Made by a program: the position numbers and the translations under genes. Shown here piece after piece: positions 30,229 through 40,484 of a stretch of DNA of 64,000 bases (its first letter is position 1; each line of letters begins with the position of its first letter). The notes beneath the pieces were generated by a model that worked only from the letters and a program-made list of their open reading frames with translations, searched no databases and was not told the origin of the DNA. Source of the DNA: an uncultured delta proteobacterium (GTDB lineage Bacteria > Desulfobacterota > Binatia > Binatales > Binataceae); the NCBI GenBank assembly GCA_963808235.1, contig CAWEEQ010000004.1:3072001-3136000 (forward strand), in the 5' to 3' direction.

Positions 30229-30999
30229 GTGAACTGCGACGACGCAAGGCTTTTGCTGCACGGCCATATCGACGGCGAACTCGATCTCGCACACGACCTC
30301 GAACTCGAGCGGCATCTCGAGGAGTGCCCGCGATGCGCGCGCGAGTTCGCGTCTCTGCGCGCGATGCGCTCGCGGCTCAGGGACGAGGCCTTTCACTTCG
30401 AGGCGCCCGCCGAACTGAAGGAAAAGATTCTCCGCGCGCTTCCCTCGGCTCCGCGTCGGGCAAGCGGCTATCCTTCGCGACGCAGCGCCTTTATTCCGCG
30501 TGCGATCCGGTTCGCAATCCCGGTCGCGATTGGCGCCGTTCTGACCCTGTTCATCGTGCCGCGCTCGATTCGTCCCGCTGGAAACGAAATCGTCGCGCGC
30601 GAAGTTGTCGCGAGCCACGTGCGCTCAATGATGGGCGCGCATCTGATGGATGTCGTCTCGACCGATCAGCACACCGTCAAGCCGTGGTTCAACGGCAAGC
30701 TCGATTTCTCGCCACCCGTGACGGATTTCGCGAAGCAGGGTTTCCCGCTCGTCGGCGGACGTCTCGACTATATCGACAGTCGGCCCGTTGCGGCCCTCGT
30801 GTACCAGCACGGCAAGCATGTGATCAACGTCTTCATGTGGCCGAGTACACGCGCCACGACCAGTGCCGAGAGAATCGAGCCCGAGCAGGGTTATAACGTA
30901 GAGCAGATGATGGTCGCGGGAATGAATTGCTGGGTCGTGTCGGATTTGAATGCGGCGGAACTGAAAGCATTCGCCGAACTGATCCGCGCGCACGGATGA
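30229..30999 (+). CDS. Zinc-finger (ZAS) transmembrane anti-sigma factor
   Basis: HLEECPRC, one TM helix, DQHTVKPWF...GGRLDY. Confidence 0.92.
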   Translation: MNCDDARLLLHGHIDGELDLAHDLELERHLEECPRCAREFASLRAMRSRLRDEAFHFEAPAELKEKILRALPSAPRRASGYPSRRSAFIPRAIRFAIPVAIGAVLTLFIVPRSIRPAGNEIVAREVVASHVRSMMGAHLMDVVSTDQHTVKPWFNGKLDFSPPVTDFAKQGFPLVGGRLDYIDSRPVAALVYQHGKHVINVFMWPSTRATTSAERIEPEQGYNVEQMMVAGMNCWVVSDLNAAELKAFAELIRAHG

Positions 31000-31003
31000 A
31001 GAA

Positions 31004-31625
31004 TCAGAAATCCCGCGCGCGCAACAAGCGCACGCCGAACATCAGGCGCTGCCCGCCAGTCGCGACCTCCAGCGCTGCCATCGCATAGCAGAGTAGCGGT
31101 CCGAGCGGTCGCGTAATCGCGCCGGCCTCGACAATCGCGAGCACGGCGAAGAAGATGATCGCCTCGGTTCGTTCCAGAATTCCCGGCGGATAGTCGATGA
31201 GCTTCGGCCCGCGGCGCTCGAGCGCGGCGCCAACCGCAAGAAAGACGGTAATGTTCACGTACCAACTCGCGACCAGCAGCAGAGCCGGAAAGTATAGCGC
31301 TGGGTCGCGCCATGCGATGCCGACGATCACAAATGCCTCGACTACGCGATCGGCGCTCAGGTCGAGCACTCCGCCCAAGGCGCTCGGCGCCGCGCATTCG
31401 CGCGCGATCGTGCCGTCAAGCGCGTCGAGTCCGGCGCTCAACAGGAGAGCAGTCAGCCCGAGCATCACGTCGGAGCGCGCGAACGCAACGCCCGCGACGA
31501 CACCCGCAAGCATCGCGCACACGGTTGCGACGTTCGCGCCGATCCCATAGCCGAAACAGCGCACGCGCGCATCGCGACTGTAAGCGAAGAATATCCGGGT
31601 TCGCGCCTAGGATCGAATCAAGCAT
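31004..31625 (-). CDS. CDP-alcohol phosphatidyltransferase (+1 frameshift near 31555)
   Basis: DALDGTIAR...GGVLDLSADR motif; N-terminus MLDSILGANP is in an adjacent frame. Confidence 0.85.
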
Positions 31626-31771
31626 CCGTCCTCTATTCGATCCGAGGAAAAGGTAACGGAAATGACAGATCGGGGTTGTGTTGCTCCATCTGTAATTGGA
31701 CAATCTTCATAAGCGGACCAACGTTTCCAAACATCAGCCGCAATCGCAAGCACGTCCGGTCCGGTCAGATC

Positions 31772-32569
31772 TTGGCTAATCGAATCCTTCGCAAACAAAT
31801 CGCCGTGGCTTTCGTGATCTTGATCGCCGCCGCCGCGCGCACCGCGCTTGCAGCCTCGATCAGCTTTCCGCCGACCAATTTCAAAATCGTGGCCCCCGAC
31901 ACCGGTCTGACGATCGGGCAAAGCCGCTACAGTATCGAAGGCGTCGCCGACGGGGCGATACTGCACGGAACATCGCACTTTAACGACGGCCAGTCAGACG
32001 TCGAGACCGGTAGGCTGCTCGGTGTCGGCGAAGGGTTGCCGAAGCTGGTGGAATTCGATCATACATTCTTCAGCGCCGACGGCTCGGTACTCGAACGCGC
32101 GCATGTCGATCTGAGAACGGGCGCGTCGACCTGCACTCACACCAATGCCGGCGTCAGAAGCGACGCGTCGGCCGTGCTGCAATTCCCCGAAGACACCTGG
32201 GCAGGCGCCAGCGTGGTGATCCCGATTCAGCACTTTCTCCGCAGCAGCGACAAGTCACTGCCGTCACTGCATGTCTTCAATTGTGCGCCGGAGCCAAAAA
32301 TATTTGCGATCAGCCTGCAGACCGATCCCGGCCCCGCGGTATGGACGCCCTACGGCGGCAACGCGCTCCGGGTCGAGGCGCGGCCGGATTTCGGATGGCT
32401 TAATTTGGTCGTTACCGCGTTCGTGCCCAGGCTGCACATCTGGTTCGATCCGGGCAATGAATGGACGTTTGTCGGCGATGAAGCGGCGCGATTCTACCAG
32501 GGCACCAAGATCATGCTGGTGAAGTCGACTGTCGACGCGGCCGCTCCTCAGCTCAGCACCACTCGGTAG
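31772..32569 (+). CDS. Hypothetical exported protein (start uncertain)
   Basis: Long ORF with a signal-like segment (RILRKQIAVAFVILIAAAARTALA) and a beta-rich body. Confidence 0.7.
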   Translation: MANRILRKQIAVAFVILIAAAARTALAASISFPPTNFKIVAPDTGLTIGQSRYSIEGVADGAILHGTSHFNDGQSDVETGRLLGVGEGLPKLVEFDHTFFSADGSVLERAHVDLRTGASTCTHTNAGVRSDASAVLQFPEDTWAGASVVIPIQHFLRSSDKSLPSLHVFNCAPEPKIFAISLQTDPGPAVWTPYGGNALRVEARPDFGWLNLVVTAFVPRLHIWFDPGNEWTFVGDEAARFYQGTKIMLVKSTVDAAAPQLSTTR

Positions 32570-32643
32570 AGACGTCTGCCACGACGCGCTCGAATCGGAT
32601 TCGCGCGCAGCCGCCGCTCTTCAAAACAAAATCGATGTGTTTT

Positions 32644-32889
32644 CTAAAAGTGGACGATGCCCTCGCCCTCGGGATGCCGCACGTTTGAGGGCTTGGGCTT
32701 TCGATACTGAAAGGAAGTGTTGCATTGATGGCAGGTGCCTTCGGGCTGCTGTCCGCTGCGCCGCACCAGCTTGACGTAGCGCACCGATCCGTCGCTGCAC
32801 AGATGTCCCGCGACCGGGAAATCGTACACCGTCCGGACCGATACCCGCGCGGTTGACTGATCGCGCGCCACAGAAGTCTTCTCACTCAT
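32644..32889 (-). CDS. Small hypothetical protein, possible Zn ribbon
   Basis: HLC...CHQC; purine-rich upstream sequence. Confidence 0.6.
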   Translation of the reverse strand: MSEKTSVARDQSTARVSVRTVYDFPVAGHLCSDGSVRYVKLVRRSGQQPEGTCHQCNTSFQYRKPKPSNVRHPEGEGIVHF

Positions 32890-33007
32890 TCTTCCGCTAG
32901 AGCTCCCTCATTTGAAATTTTCGCATTCCTTTCCTTGTACGTGTGGCGCCCCGTTTCGTTTCGGCCGCCGGTTCGAATGAAACAAGATAATGAAATTTCG
33001 TTTTCGA

Positions 33008-35827
33008 TCAATCCTTTTGATGCTCGAAAGATGAATTTATTTTCGCTGCCCGCCTCGGCCGAACCTCGAAGGTCAAAATCTGGAACGGCTTAAGCTCGAG
33101 CGCGAGTGCACCGTCGCGCGAGCGCTTTGCCGCGATGCTCTTCACCGCGCGTCCGGCAAGATCGACAATGCGCGCGCGGCTGCGGCTTCCAAATGTCAAT
33201 TTCGCACGCTCCGGATTCGGCGACGCGCTGTAAACGCGCACTTTGTACGCATTCGCGAGCGCTTGCGGACGCGCGGTGGAAAAAACGATCCGCGGATTGT
33301 CGCATCGGATCAGCGCGCCGAACTCGCCCAACGCGCCGACGTTGCAGCCCTGAAACAAGCGCGGCGCGGAAGTGTAGGCTTCGACCCGCTGGATCAGGTC
33401 GCCGTCAAGATAGCTGCCCCGAAAAGTCGTGACTGCAAATTCAAATCGATGTGCTCCCAGCTCCTGCGCATCAGGCGTCTCCAACTCCGGACCCGCCCCG
33501 CCCCGCCGCGTCGCGAGGTCGGATCGCGAGAGCCATCCAATGCATCGAAGCAACGTCAGCAGAATTGTCGAGCCCGCGGGCTCGGGGCGTGCTTCAACTT
33601 CAAGAATACCCCTGCTCATCAGAGCGGCGGAAAAATCCGCGCCCTCGACGGCGGTGAACGTCCGATGCGGCCCGGTTGGATATATAGCTTCGGCGCCGCG
33701 CGCCTCCGACGGCGTCAGACTACGGCGCAGCACGCCGAAGCTGGTGTCGTGAACCGCGTCGGATGCGCTGACGGGCGTGCGAAGCGCGGCGCGCAATCGA
33801 TGGTCTCGCGCGCGATTCGTGACTTCCGCGATAAAATCGATTCGTTCAAGGCCCGAATGAAGCGTGGCGCAGAGGTCGATTGACATTTTCTCGCGTTCCT
33901 GCGAGCGCGAGCGTCGATCGCCGGCAAGTCCGGCCGGCACATCGAATACCATCGCAACATTGATCCGCCTGCGATAACGACCATCGTCGAGTACGCGCGC
34001 CGATATCGACGCCGGCTCCACGATCGCGGCAGTCTCGGGCACCGGATCGAAGTTGTACTCGTCGCCGCGGTCGCCGTCGTCTTCGAAATACAATTCCATC
34101 GAGGAATTGTGTTTGAGATCGCGAATCTCCAGGCCGCGCGACGTCGGAGTCAGGCGGAAAAACTCATTTTCAATTGAACTGGCCGATTGCGGCCCAGCGA
34201 TCGCCTCGCTCGCGCGAGAATCGTCGCGAACCAGCCGATATGAGCTGAAGCCCGCTTGCGCAAGGTCGTCCGCGACGAAACTGAGTTTGCATCGCGGAGC
34301 ATTGAGCGCGTGAATCCGCACCGTTCCCGAATCCGGAATTTCGGCGCGGACGGCGTGCCTGAATCCTTCCAGATCCAGATCGCTGAAAGCGGCCCGGCTC
34401 ATAAAAAGGTTCACTTGCGCGCGCCCGTCGGACGCCTTCACGATCTCGTAGCGATTCACGGTGCGGCCGAAAATAGCCGGCTGGCTGAGCCCGCCCACGA
34501 TCGATTTGAATTCCGCAGCCGGCATCGTTGTGTCGAACGCTCGCTCGGCGCGAGCAACGTCAAGCGTGACGGGAATGTGTCGCCCGTCGGAAGTTTGCAC
34601 CGCGTAATGGGCATTCGGCTCGTCGATTTCGGCTTCGCCGCTCACCAGCGCGCGCCGCGCGAACGAAGGATTGAATACCGCAAACTCCGCGGCGCCCGCG
34701 GTCGACTCGGCGAGGCACGCGCGCGCCGCGCGGCGCGTCACCGTCTCCGCGAGCATCTGGGCCTGGTCGAAGCGATAGCGCATGTCGGTATGCACCTGGT
34801 CGACCGAGCATCCGCAGATCGAATCGTGCGGATGGTTCTGAATCTCCGTCCGCCATGCCATCTCGAGGTATGCGTCGAGTCCTTCGCTGCGTCCGAGCGC
34901 GTTCGCAAGCGCCGCCAGCGGGTCTGCATAACGCTCGAGCGCGCGGCAATTTTCAAAATCGCGCTGCTTGATCCAAGTGCGCGCGGAAGTTACCCCGGGC
35001 AGAAGATACGAGCGATACGGCGAGCGAAGTTCGCCGCGATGGCTTGGGGTGCCATCGAGAGCAAGCTCGGCAATTCGGCGGACATACGTTTCCAGCGGAC
35101 CTACTTCGAACGTCATCGCGGAAGTCTCACGCGCTTCGTTGACTCGGGTCATCAGGCGCGGGTCGGGGTCGGCGTGATCGGTCCCATTCATCACCAGGAT
35201 CGGCGCGCCGTTTGCGAACTCGCGCTCACGCTCCGCGATTTGTTCCGCGCGCGCAACGAAACTGTCGACCGATTCCAGCGGCAGGTTGGCGCCGTTCGCA
35301 TAGCTGTTGGGCAAATAAACAGTCAGCACCGACGAGCCGTCGAGCGCAGTCCAGGTAAAGCGATTCCGATCCACGTCGGCGCCGACTCCGCGCCACAGAA
35401 CCGCGGTCGTGAATCCGAACCCGGCGAGAATCTGCGGCATCTGCGCGATATGCCCAAACTGGTCGGGCAGGTACCCAACTTCTAGGTGCCGCCCGAAGCG
35501 GCGCGCAATCGCCATCCCGATCTCGAGATTGCGAATCAGCGACTCGCCGCTCACCAGGAAGCTGTCCGCGAGGACGTACCACGGACCGATTTGTATTTTG
35601 CCGGCCGCGACGAGCGCGCGAAGCCGCCGCTCGGCCTGCGGCCGCACTTCCAGATAATCCTCGAGCACGATCGTCTGCCCATCAAAATGAAAAAACGGAA
35701 TCGTGCCGCGCTCGACCAACGGGATCATTCGATCGGCCATGGCAACCAGCCGCGCGCGCATCTGCTGAAACGGCTGGTACCATTCGCGATCCCAATGGGT
35801 GTGAACGACGAAGTATAAACTATCCAT
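33008..35827 (-). CDS. GH38 alpha-mannosidase / mannosylglycerate hydrolase-like
   Basis: HTHWDREWY, FDGQ, YLPDQFGH, NGTDH, HPHDSICGCS. Confidence 0.93.
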   Translation of the reverse strand: MDSLYFVVHTHWDREWYQPFQQMRARLVAMADRMIPLVERGTIPFFHFDGQTIVLEDYLEVRPQAERRLRALVAAGKIQIGPWYVLADSFLVSGESLIRNLEIGMAIARRFGRHLEVGYLPDQFGHIAQMPQILAGFGFTTAVLWRGVGADVDRNRFTWTALDGSSVLTVYLPNSYANGANLPLESVDSFVARAEQIAEREREFANGAPILVMNGTDHADPDPRLMTRVNEARETSAMTFEVGPLETYVRRIAELALDGTPSHRGELRSPYRSYLLPGVTSARTWIKQRDFENCRALERYADPLAALANALGRSEGLDAYLEMAWRTEIQNHPHDSICGCSVDQVHTDMRYRFDQAQMLAETVTRRAARACLAESTAGAAEFAVFNPSFARRALVSGEAEIDEPNAHYAVQTSDGRHIPVTLDVARAERAFDTTMPAAEFKSIVGGLSQPAIFGRTVNRYEIVKASDGRAQVNLFMSRAAFSDLDLEGFRHAVRAEIPDSGTVRIHALNAPRCKLSFVADDLAQAGFSSYRLVRDDSRASEAIAGPQSASSIENEFFRLTPTSRGLEIRDLKHNSSMELYFEDDGDRGDEYNFDPVPETAAIVEPASISARVLDDGRYRRRINVAMVFDVPAGLAGDRRSRSQEREKMSIDLCATLHSGLERIDFIAEVTNRARDHRLRAALRTPVSASDAVHDTSFGVLRRSLTPSEARGAEAIYPTGPHRTFTAVEGADFSAALMSRGILEVEARPEPAGSTILLTLLRCIGWLSRSDLATRRGGAGPELETPDAQELGAHRFEFAVTTFRGSYLDGDLIQRVEAYTSAPRLFQGCNVGALGEFGALIRCDNPRIVFSTARPQALANAYKVRVYSASPNPERAKLTFGSRSRARIVDLAGRAVKSIAAKRSRDGALALELKPFQILTFEVRPRRAAKINSSFEHQKD

Positions 35828-35842
35828 GTGTCTCGATGCGGC

Positions 35843-36289
35843 TTAAGCGGGCCGCCGCGGAAGCAGAATTTTGCGCCGCAGAATCATGATCTCCTCGCCG
35901 CGCTGATTCAGCCCGCGCGTTTCGACATAGATCACGCCGCGATCGGGTTTCGATTTCGACGCCGTCGTCTCGAGCACCGTCGTCTCCGAGTAAAGCGTGT
36001 CGCCCGCAAATGTCGGCCCGCTGTGGCGCACCGATTCGTATTCAAGATTTGCGATCGCATTCTCGCTCACGTCCTTGACGCTCATGCCGACTACTGTCGC
36101 CATCACCAGCAAGCCGTTGACCAGCGGCCGCCCATGCTGCGTCGTCGCGGCGTAGGCTGCGTCGAAGTGAACGGGGTTGGTGTTCATGGTCATCAGGGTG
36201 AACCAGGTGTTGTCGAACTCGGTAATCGTGCGCCCAGGCCAATGCTTGAAAAGCTGGCCGGCGCTGAAATCCTCGAAGTAGCGTGTCAT
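35843..36289 (-). CDS. MaoC family dehydratase
   Basis: YFEDF...GRTITEFD...NPVHFD. Confidence 0.9.
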   Translation of the reverse strand: MTRYFEDFSAGQLFKHWPGRTITEFDNTWFTLMTMNTNPVHFDAAYAATTQHGRPLVNGLLVMATVVGMSVKDVSENAIANLEYESVRHSGPTFAGDTLYSETTVLETTASKSKPDRGVIYVETRGLNQRGEEIMILRRKILLPRRPA

Positions 36290-36414
36290 TCGAATCGGTT
36301 GCGGCATCCGCACGCGCCGCAGTTAGCGGAATTATAAGAACCGCGCCCCGGTTGCAATTCACGCGACGCACCGTATGTCAGTTTCGATTAATCATGGTAG
36401 CTTCGTCGCAATCA

Positions 36415-37917
36415 ATGAACCGCAAGCTCACCAAATTGCTCATCGCGAATCGCGGCGAAATCGCGCTCCGGATCATCCGCAGTGCGCGCCTCTTCGGTTT
36501 GCGGACGGTCGCGGTTTTTTCGGAGGCCGACGCGATGAGCACGCACGTCGCCGCCGCCGACGAAGCAATATTGATCGGCCCGGCGGAAGCGTCGAAGAGC
36601 TACCTGGACATCGCGAAAATAATCGCCGCCGCGAGACAATCCGGCGCCGATGCGATCCATCCCGGCTACGGATTTCTGTCCGAGCGTGCCGAATTTGCGC
36701 GCGCATCCGCCGATGCCGGAATCGTATTCGTGGGACCGCGACCCGAAGTGATGGCGGCGCTCGGCGACAAGGTCGCGGCGCGGAGAATCGCGTCCGCCGC
36801 CGGTGTGCCGGTCGTGCCCGGAATCGAAACCGCGGAAATTTCCGCGGCCCGCGAGTTCGCGCAGCAGGTCGATTATCCAATCCTGGTGAAAGCCGCGGCG
36901 GGCGGAGGCGGACGCGGGATGCGCGTGGTCGCGCAAGCCGCGCAGCTCGAAAGCGCGCTCGAAGCGGCTTCACATGAAGCGGCTGCTGCGTTCGGCGACG
37001 GCAGAATCTTCATCGAGAAATATCTCGCGCGCCCCCGCCACATAGAGGTGCAGATTCTCGGCGATGAAGCAGGCGGCGCAGTCGCCTTCGGCGAGCGCGA
37101 GTGCTCGATCCAGCGCCGACATCAGAAAATTATCGAAGAGTCGCCGGCCCCGGGACTCTCAGCGCCGATGCGCGCGAAGATAATCGATGCCGCGCTGAAT
37201 CTCGTTCGCGCTGCGAAATACAGCAACGCAGGTACGGTCGAGTTCCTGGTCGAGGGTGACAATTTCTATTTCCTCGAAGTGAATGCGCGCCTTCAGGTCG
37301 AGCATCCGGTAACCGAGATGCGTTTTGGATGCGACCTCGTGTGCGAGCAGTTGCGAATCGCGTCGGGCGGCAAGGTGCCGGAGGTCTTGCCGCCGCGCGG
37401 CGCCGCGATCGAGTGCCGAATCAACGCCGAAGATCCCGAGCACAACTTCCACCCGGCGACGGGGACCGTCCTTCATCTCAATGTCCCCGCCGGCCCCGGA
37501 GTGCGCTTTGACTCGCACCTTGCACTCGGCGCGGAAGTGACGCCGTGGTACGACGGCCTCCTCGGCAAGCTCGTTTGCTACGGCGCCGATCGCGAGGAAG
37601 CACGCCGCCGGATCGTCAACGCGCTCGACGAGTTCGCGCTGCTGGGCGTGACGAACAACGCCTCCTACTTGCGGGACATCGTTGCCGGCGATCAGTTTCG
37701 AGACGCGAAACTATCGACCCGGTTCATCGAGGAGTTTTTCTCGGAGTGGCATCCCGCCGAAGCGCAGATCGCGTCGGCGCTTGTTGCCGCTGCGATGACT
37801 GCCGACGGAGCGTTCGGCGATGCGCGACAATCCGCTGGCGCTGTATCGCCGAACGGCGCAAGTACATCGCCATGGGAGAGCCTCAGAAATTTTGAGCTCT
37901 GGGGATCGCGGCGATGA
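36415..37917 (+). CDS. Biotin carboxylase subunit (acyl-CoA carboxylase alpha)
   Basis: LIANRGEIA, HPGYGFLSE, GGGGRGMR, ECSIQRRHQK, EVNARLQVEH. Confidence 0.95.
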   Translation: MNRKLTKLLIANRGEIALRIIRSARLFGLRTVAVFSEADAMSTHVAAADEAILIGPAEASKSYLDIAKIIAAARQSGADAIHPGYGFLSERAEFARASADAGIVFVGPRPEVMAALGDKVAARRIASAAGVPVVPGIETAEISAAREFAQQVDYPILVKAAAGGGGRGMRVVAQAAQLESALEAASHEAAAAFGDGRIFIEKYLARPRHIEVQILGDEAGGAVAFGERECSIQRRHQKIIEESPAPGLSAPMRAKIIDAALNLVRAAKYSNAGTVEFLVEGDNFYFLEVNARLQVEHPVTEMRFGCDLVCEQLRIASGGKVPEVLPPRGAAIECRINAEDPEHNFHPATGTVLHLNVPAGPGVRFDSHLALGAEVTPWYDGLLGKLVCYGADREEARRRIVNALDEFALLGVTNNASYLRDIVAGDQFRDAKLSTRFIEEFFSEWHPAEAQIASALVAAAMTADGAFGDARQSAGAVSPNGASTSPWESLRNFELWGSRR

Positions 37918-38444
37918 AACTGAAACGCGCGGGCGACGCCCGTGAATTCGACGTCGAGTTGATCTCGCGCGGAGCCGCGCTTCGAATACGCGTCGGCGAA
38001 AAGGAAATCACCGCGCAGTTCGCAGCGAACGCCGGACGCGGCGGCACTCTTACGATCGACGGACGTCGCTACCCAATTTTCGGCGTGCGGCGAAAAGATT
38101 CGATCCTTGTTTCCGTCGGCCCGGCATCCTTCGAATTCAAACCGGCTGAGGAATCTTCACGCCGCCGCCGCGCCCGCGGCCTCGCCGCGCCCGAGATAAC
38201 CGCGCCGATGCCGGGCAAGGTCCTGAGAGTCCTGGTGCGCGACGGCGATTTGGTCAAAGCCGGCCAGCCCCTGGTAGTAATCGAAGCAATGAAAATGGAG
38301 ACCACGCTCGCCGCCGAGAGCGACGCCCTCATCAGACGCGTTCGCGTCGGCGTCGGCCAGTCGGTCGATCACGGCGCGGTGCTGATCGATCTCAGTCCGC
38401 CTCCGGGTTCATCAACCGGCGAATCTGCTCCTCGAGCGTCGTGA
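37914..38444 (+). CDS. Biotin carboxyl carrier protein
   Basis: APMPGKV...EAMKME biotinylation motif. Confidence 0.93.
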   Translation: MKLKRAGDAREFDVELISRGAALRIRVGEKEITAQFAANAGRGGTLTIDGRRYPIFGVRRKDSILVSVGPASFEFKPAEESSRRRRARGLAAPEITAPMPGKVLRVLVRDGDLVKAGQPLVVIEAMKMETTLAAESDALIRRVRVGVGQSVDHGAVLIDLSPPPGSSTGESAPRAS

Positions 38445-38625
38445 TCCACTCGTCGAATTCTGCGTCACGCTCGACCACGATCTCGAGCTTCCCGTCTTTC
38501 ATAATCGAGACGCGCCCCGGATGTTCCGTGCGCAGTGGAATCACCACTGCCTCGCGCGAGATGTTCATCGGATCGATGACCGCGAAAATTCTTTCGATTT
38601 CCTTGAGCGTAACCGCCTTCAGCAT
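38392..38625 (-). CDS. Small hypothetical protein
   Basis: 77-aa ORF with globular composition; 53-bp convergent overlap with the BCCP gene tail. Confidence 0.65.
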   Translation of the reverse strand: MLKAVTLKEIERIFAVIDPMNISREAVVIPLRTEHPGRVSIMKDGKLEIVVERDAEFDEWITTLEEQIRRLMNPEAD

Positions 38626-38694
38626 GCTCTTTACTTAAGCCGCACAGGTCGTAAGCTCAAGGCGTTGAACGCGATCGGCGGAGGAGGCTATCGA

Positions 38695-38898
38695 GTGTTT
38701 GGCACAATCAAGAAGGTGGTCAAGGACAAGGGCTTCGGTTTCATAACTCCCGATGACGGCGGCGATGAAGTTTTTTTTCATCGCTCGCGCCTGTCGCCCA
38801 AGGTTTATTTCGACGACCTGCGCGAGGGCACCGACGTTCAGTTCGAGATAAAGCCGGGCGAGAAAGGACGCCAAGCATTCAACTTGCGCTTAAGATAA
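38695..38898 (+). CDS. Cold-shock domain protein
   Basis: KGFGFI (RNP1), VFFH (RNP2); GGAGG RBS before GTG. Confidence 0.93.
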   Translation: MFGTIKKVVKDKGFGFITPDDGGDEVFFHRSRLSPKVYFDDLREGTDVQFEIKPGEKGRQAFNLRLR

Positions 38899-38934
38899 TT
38901 CGCATGAAGTCGATGAGTCACTGAAAAAAGCTGC

Positions 38935-40458
38935 TCATCGCGTTAACGCAAACCATCGCTTCATCAGTCCGGCAACGAACGGCGTGAGCCGGGTGCGCGT
39001 GTAGAGTCCGGCGGCGCGTCGGATTGCGTCGGCCTGGGTCGGGTACGGATGTATCACGTCGCCAAGCTTGCCGAGTCCGACGCCCGCGGCGATCGCCGTC
39101 GTCAGTTCCGAGATCATTTCGCCGGCGTGGCTCGCGACGATCGTAGCGCCGACTATCTGGTCGCTGCCCTTCCGAACGTGCACCTTGACGAATCCGTCCG
39201 TCTCCCCGTCCAGCACGGCGCGATCCACCTCCGACAGTTCCTGCGTGTAGGTACTGACTTCGATTCCGCGTTGTTTTGCTTCGGCTTCATATAGTCCGAC
39301 GTGCGCGATTTCAGGATCGGTGTACGTGCACCATGGAATAGTAAGTTGGCTGACGCGTTGACGGCCGAAGAATAGTGCGTTGCGGATAAGTATTCGCGCG
39401 TGCGCGTCTGACAGATGGGTGAACTTGTATGGCGACGCTACATCGCCGGCCGCGTACACCAATGGATTCGTGGTGCGCAGATAGTCGTCGACCTTGACGC
39501 CGTTTTGCTTGTCGTATTCGATCATCGCGGCTTCCAGGTTCAGGCCTTCGACGGCGGGGACGCGCCCGACCCCGATTAGGATTTCGTCGGCTGCGATCTC
39601 GCGGCGGACGCCTTCGTGCTCGGTAGCGATCACTTTCTCGGCACCGCGGCGCTCGACGCCGGTGATTTTGCATCCGGTGACGATATTCACGCCGTCGCGG
39701 ACGATCGCGCGCTCGACGCGCTCAGCCGCGTCACGATCTTCGCGGATCAGAATTTGCGGAGCGACTTCGAGCAAAGTTACTTCGGCTCCAAAGCGCTCGA
39801 ACACTTGCGCGAGTTCGCATCCGATTGGACCGGCGCCGATCACCGCGATTCGGCGCGGCAGCTCGGTCAGCGAAAAGACCGTCTCGTTGGTGAGGTAGCC
39901 GGCCTCCGCCAGGCCGGGAATCGGAAGCCCCGCGGCGCGAGCGCCGGTTGCGATCGCCGCTTTCTTGTAACGCAATTTTTTCCCGTCAACCTCGACACAG
40001 TCGGGCGCTATGAAACGGCCGTCGCCGATGAAGACGTCCACACCGAGACCGCGGAATCGATTGGCGGAGTCAATCGGACTCAGCCCCGCGCGCAGCTTGC
40101 GCATCCGTTCCATCACCGCCGGAAAATTGACCCGGGTGCCGGCAGGGACTTCGACGCCGAATCGACCAGCGTCGCGAACTTCCGCGGCGGCTCGCGCGGA
40201 GCGGATCAACGCTTTCGATGGAACGCATCCGAAGTTCAGGCAATCTCCGCCCATAAGATCGCGCTCGACCAGCGCAACCTTCGCGCCGAGTATCGCGGCG
40301 CCCGCCGCCGTCACGAGGCCGGCGGTGCCCGCGCCAATCACGACGATGTTGTAGCGCCGCGCCGGTTCCGGATTGACCCATCCCGCGGGATGCAGATTTT
40401 CGGTGAGGGTCTGGTTGTAGGTGTCGAGCGGCTCGTGTTTGAGCGCGTGCGATGCCAT
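38935..40458 (-). CDS. Class I pyridine nucleotide-disulfide oxidoreductase (Lpd/MerA-like)
   Basis: GGDCLNFGCVPSK, GAGPIG, HPYPT; no C-terminal Cys pair. Confidence 0.9.
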   Translation of the reverse strand: MASHALKHEPLDTYNQTLTENLHPAGWVNPEPARRYNIVVIGAGTAGLVTAAGAAILGAKVALVERDLMGGDCLNFGCVPSKALIRSARAAAEVRDAGRFGVEVPAGTRVNFPAVMERMRKLRAGLSPIDSANRFRGLGVDVFIGDGRFIAPDCVEVDGKKLRYKKAAIATGARAAGLPIPGLAEAGYLTNETVFSLTELPRRIAVIGAGPIGCELAQVFERFGAEVTLLEVAPQILIREDRDAAERVERAIVRDGVNIVTGCKITGVERRGAEKVIATEHEGVRREIAADEILIGVGRVPAVEGLNLEAAMIEYDKQNGVKVDDYLRTTNPLVYAAGDVASPYKFTHLSDAHARILIRNALFFGRQRVSQLTIPWCTYTDPEIAHVGLYEAEAKQRGIEVSTYTQELSEVDRAVLDGETDGFVKVHVRKGSDQIVGATIVASHAGEMISELTTAIAAGVGLGKLGDVIHPYPTQADAIRRAAGLYTRTRLTPFVAGLMKRWFALTR

Positions 40459-40484
40459 CGGAATGCCTCTCTCGGTTCAGGTTT

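Noticed and set aside
38935-40458. merA mercury resistance gene
   Set aside because: It lacks the C-terminal Cys-Cys and has no merR/T/P context.
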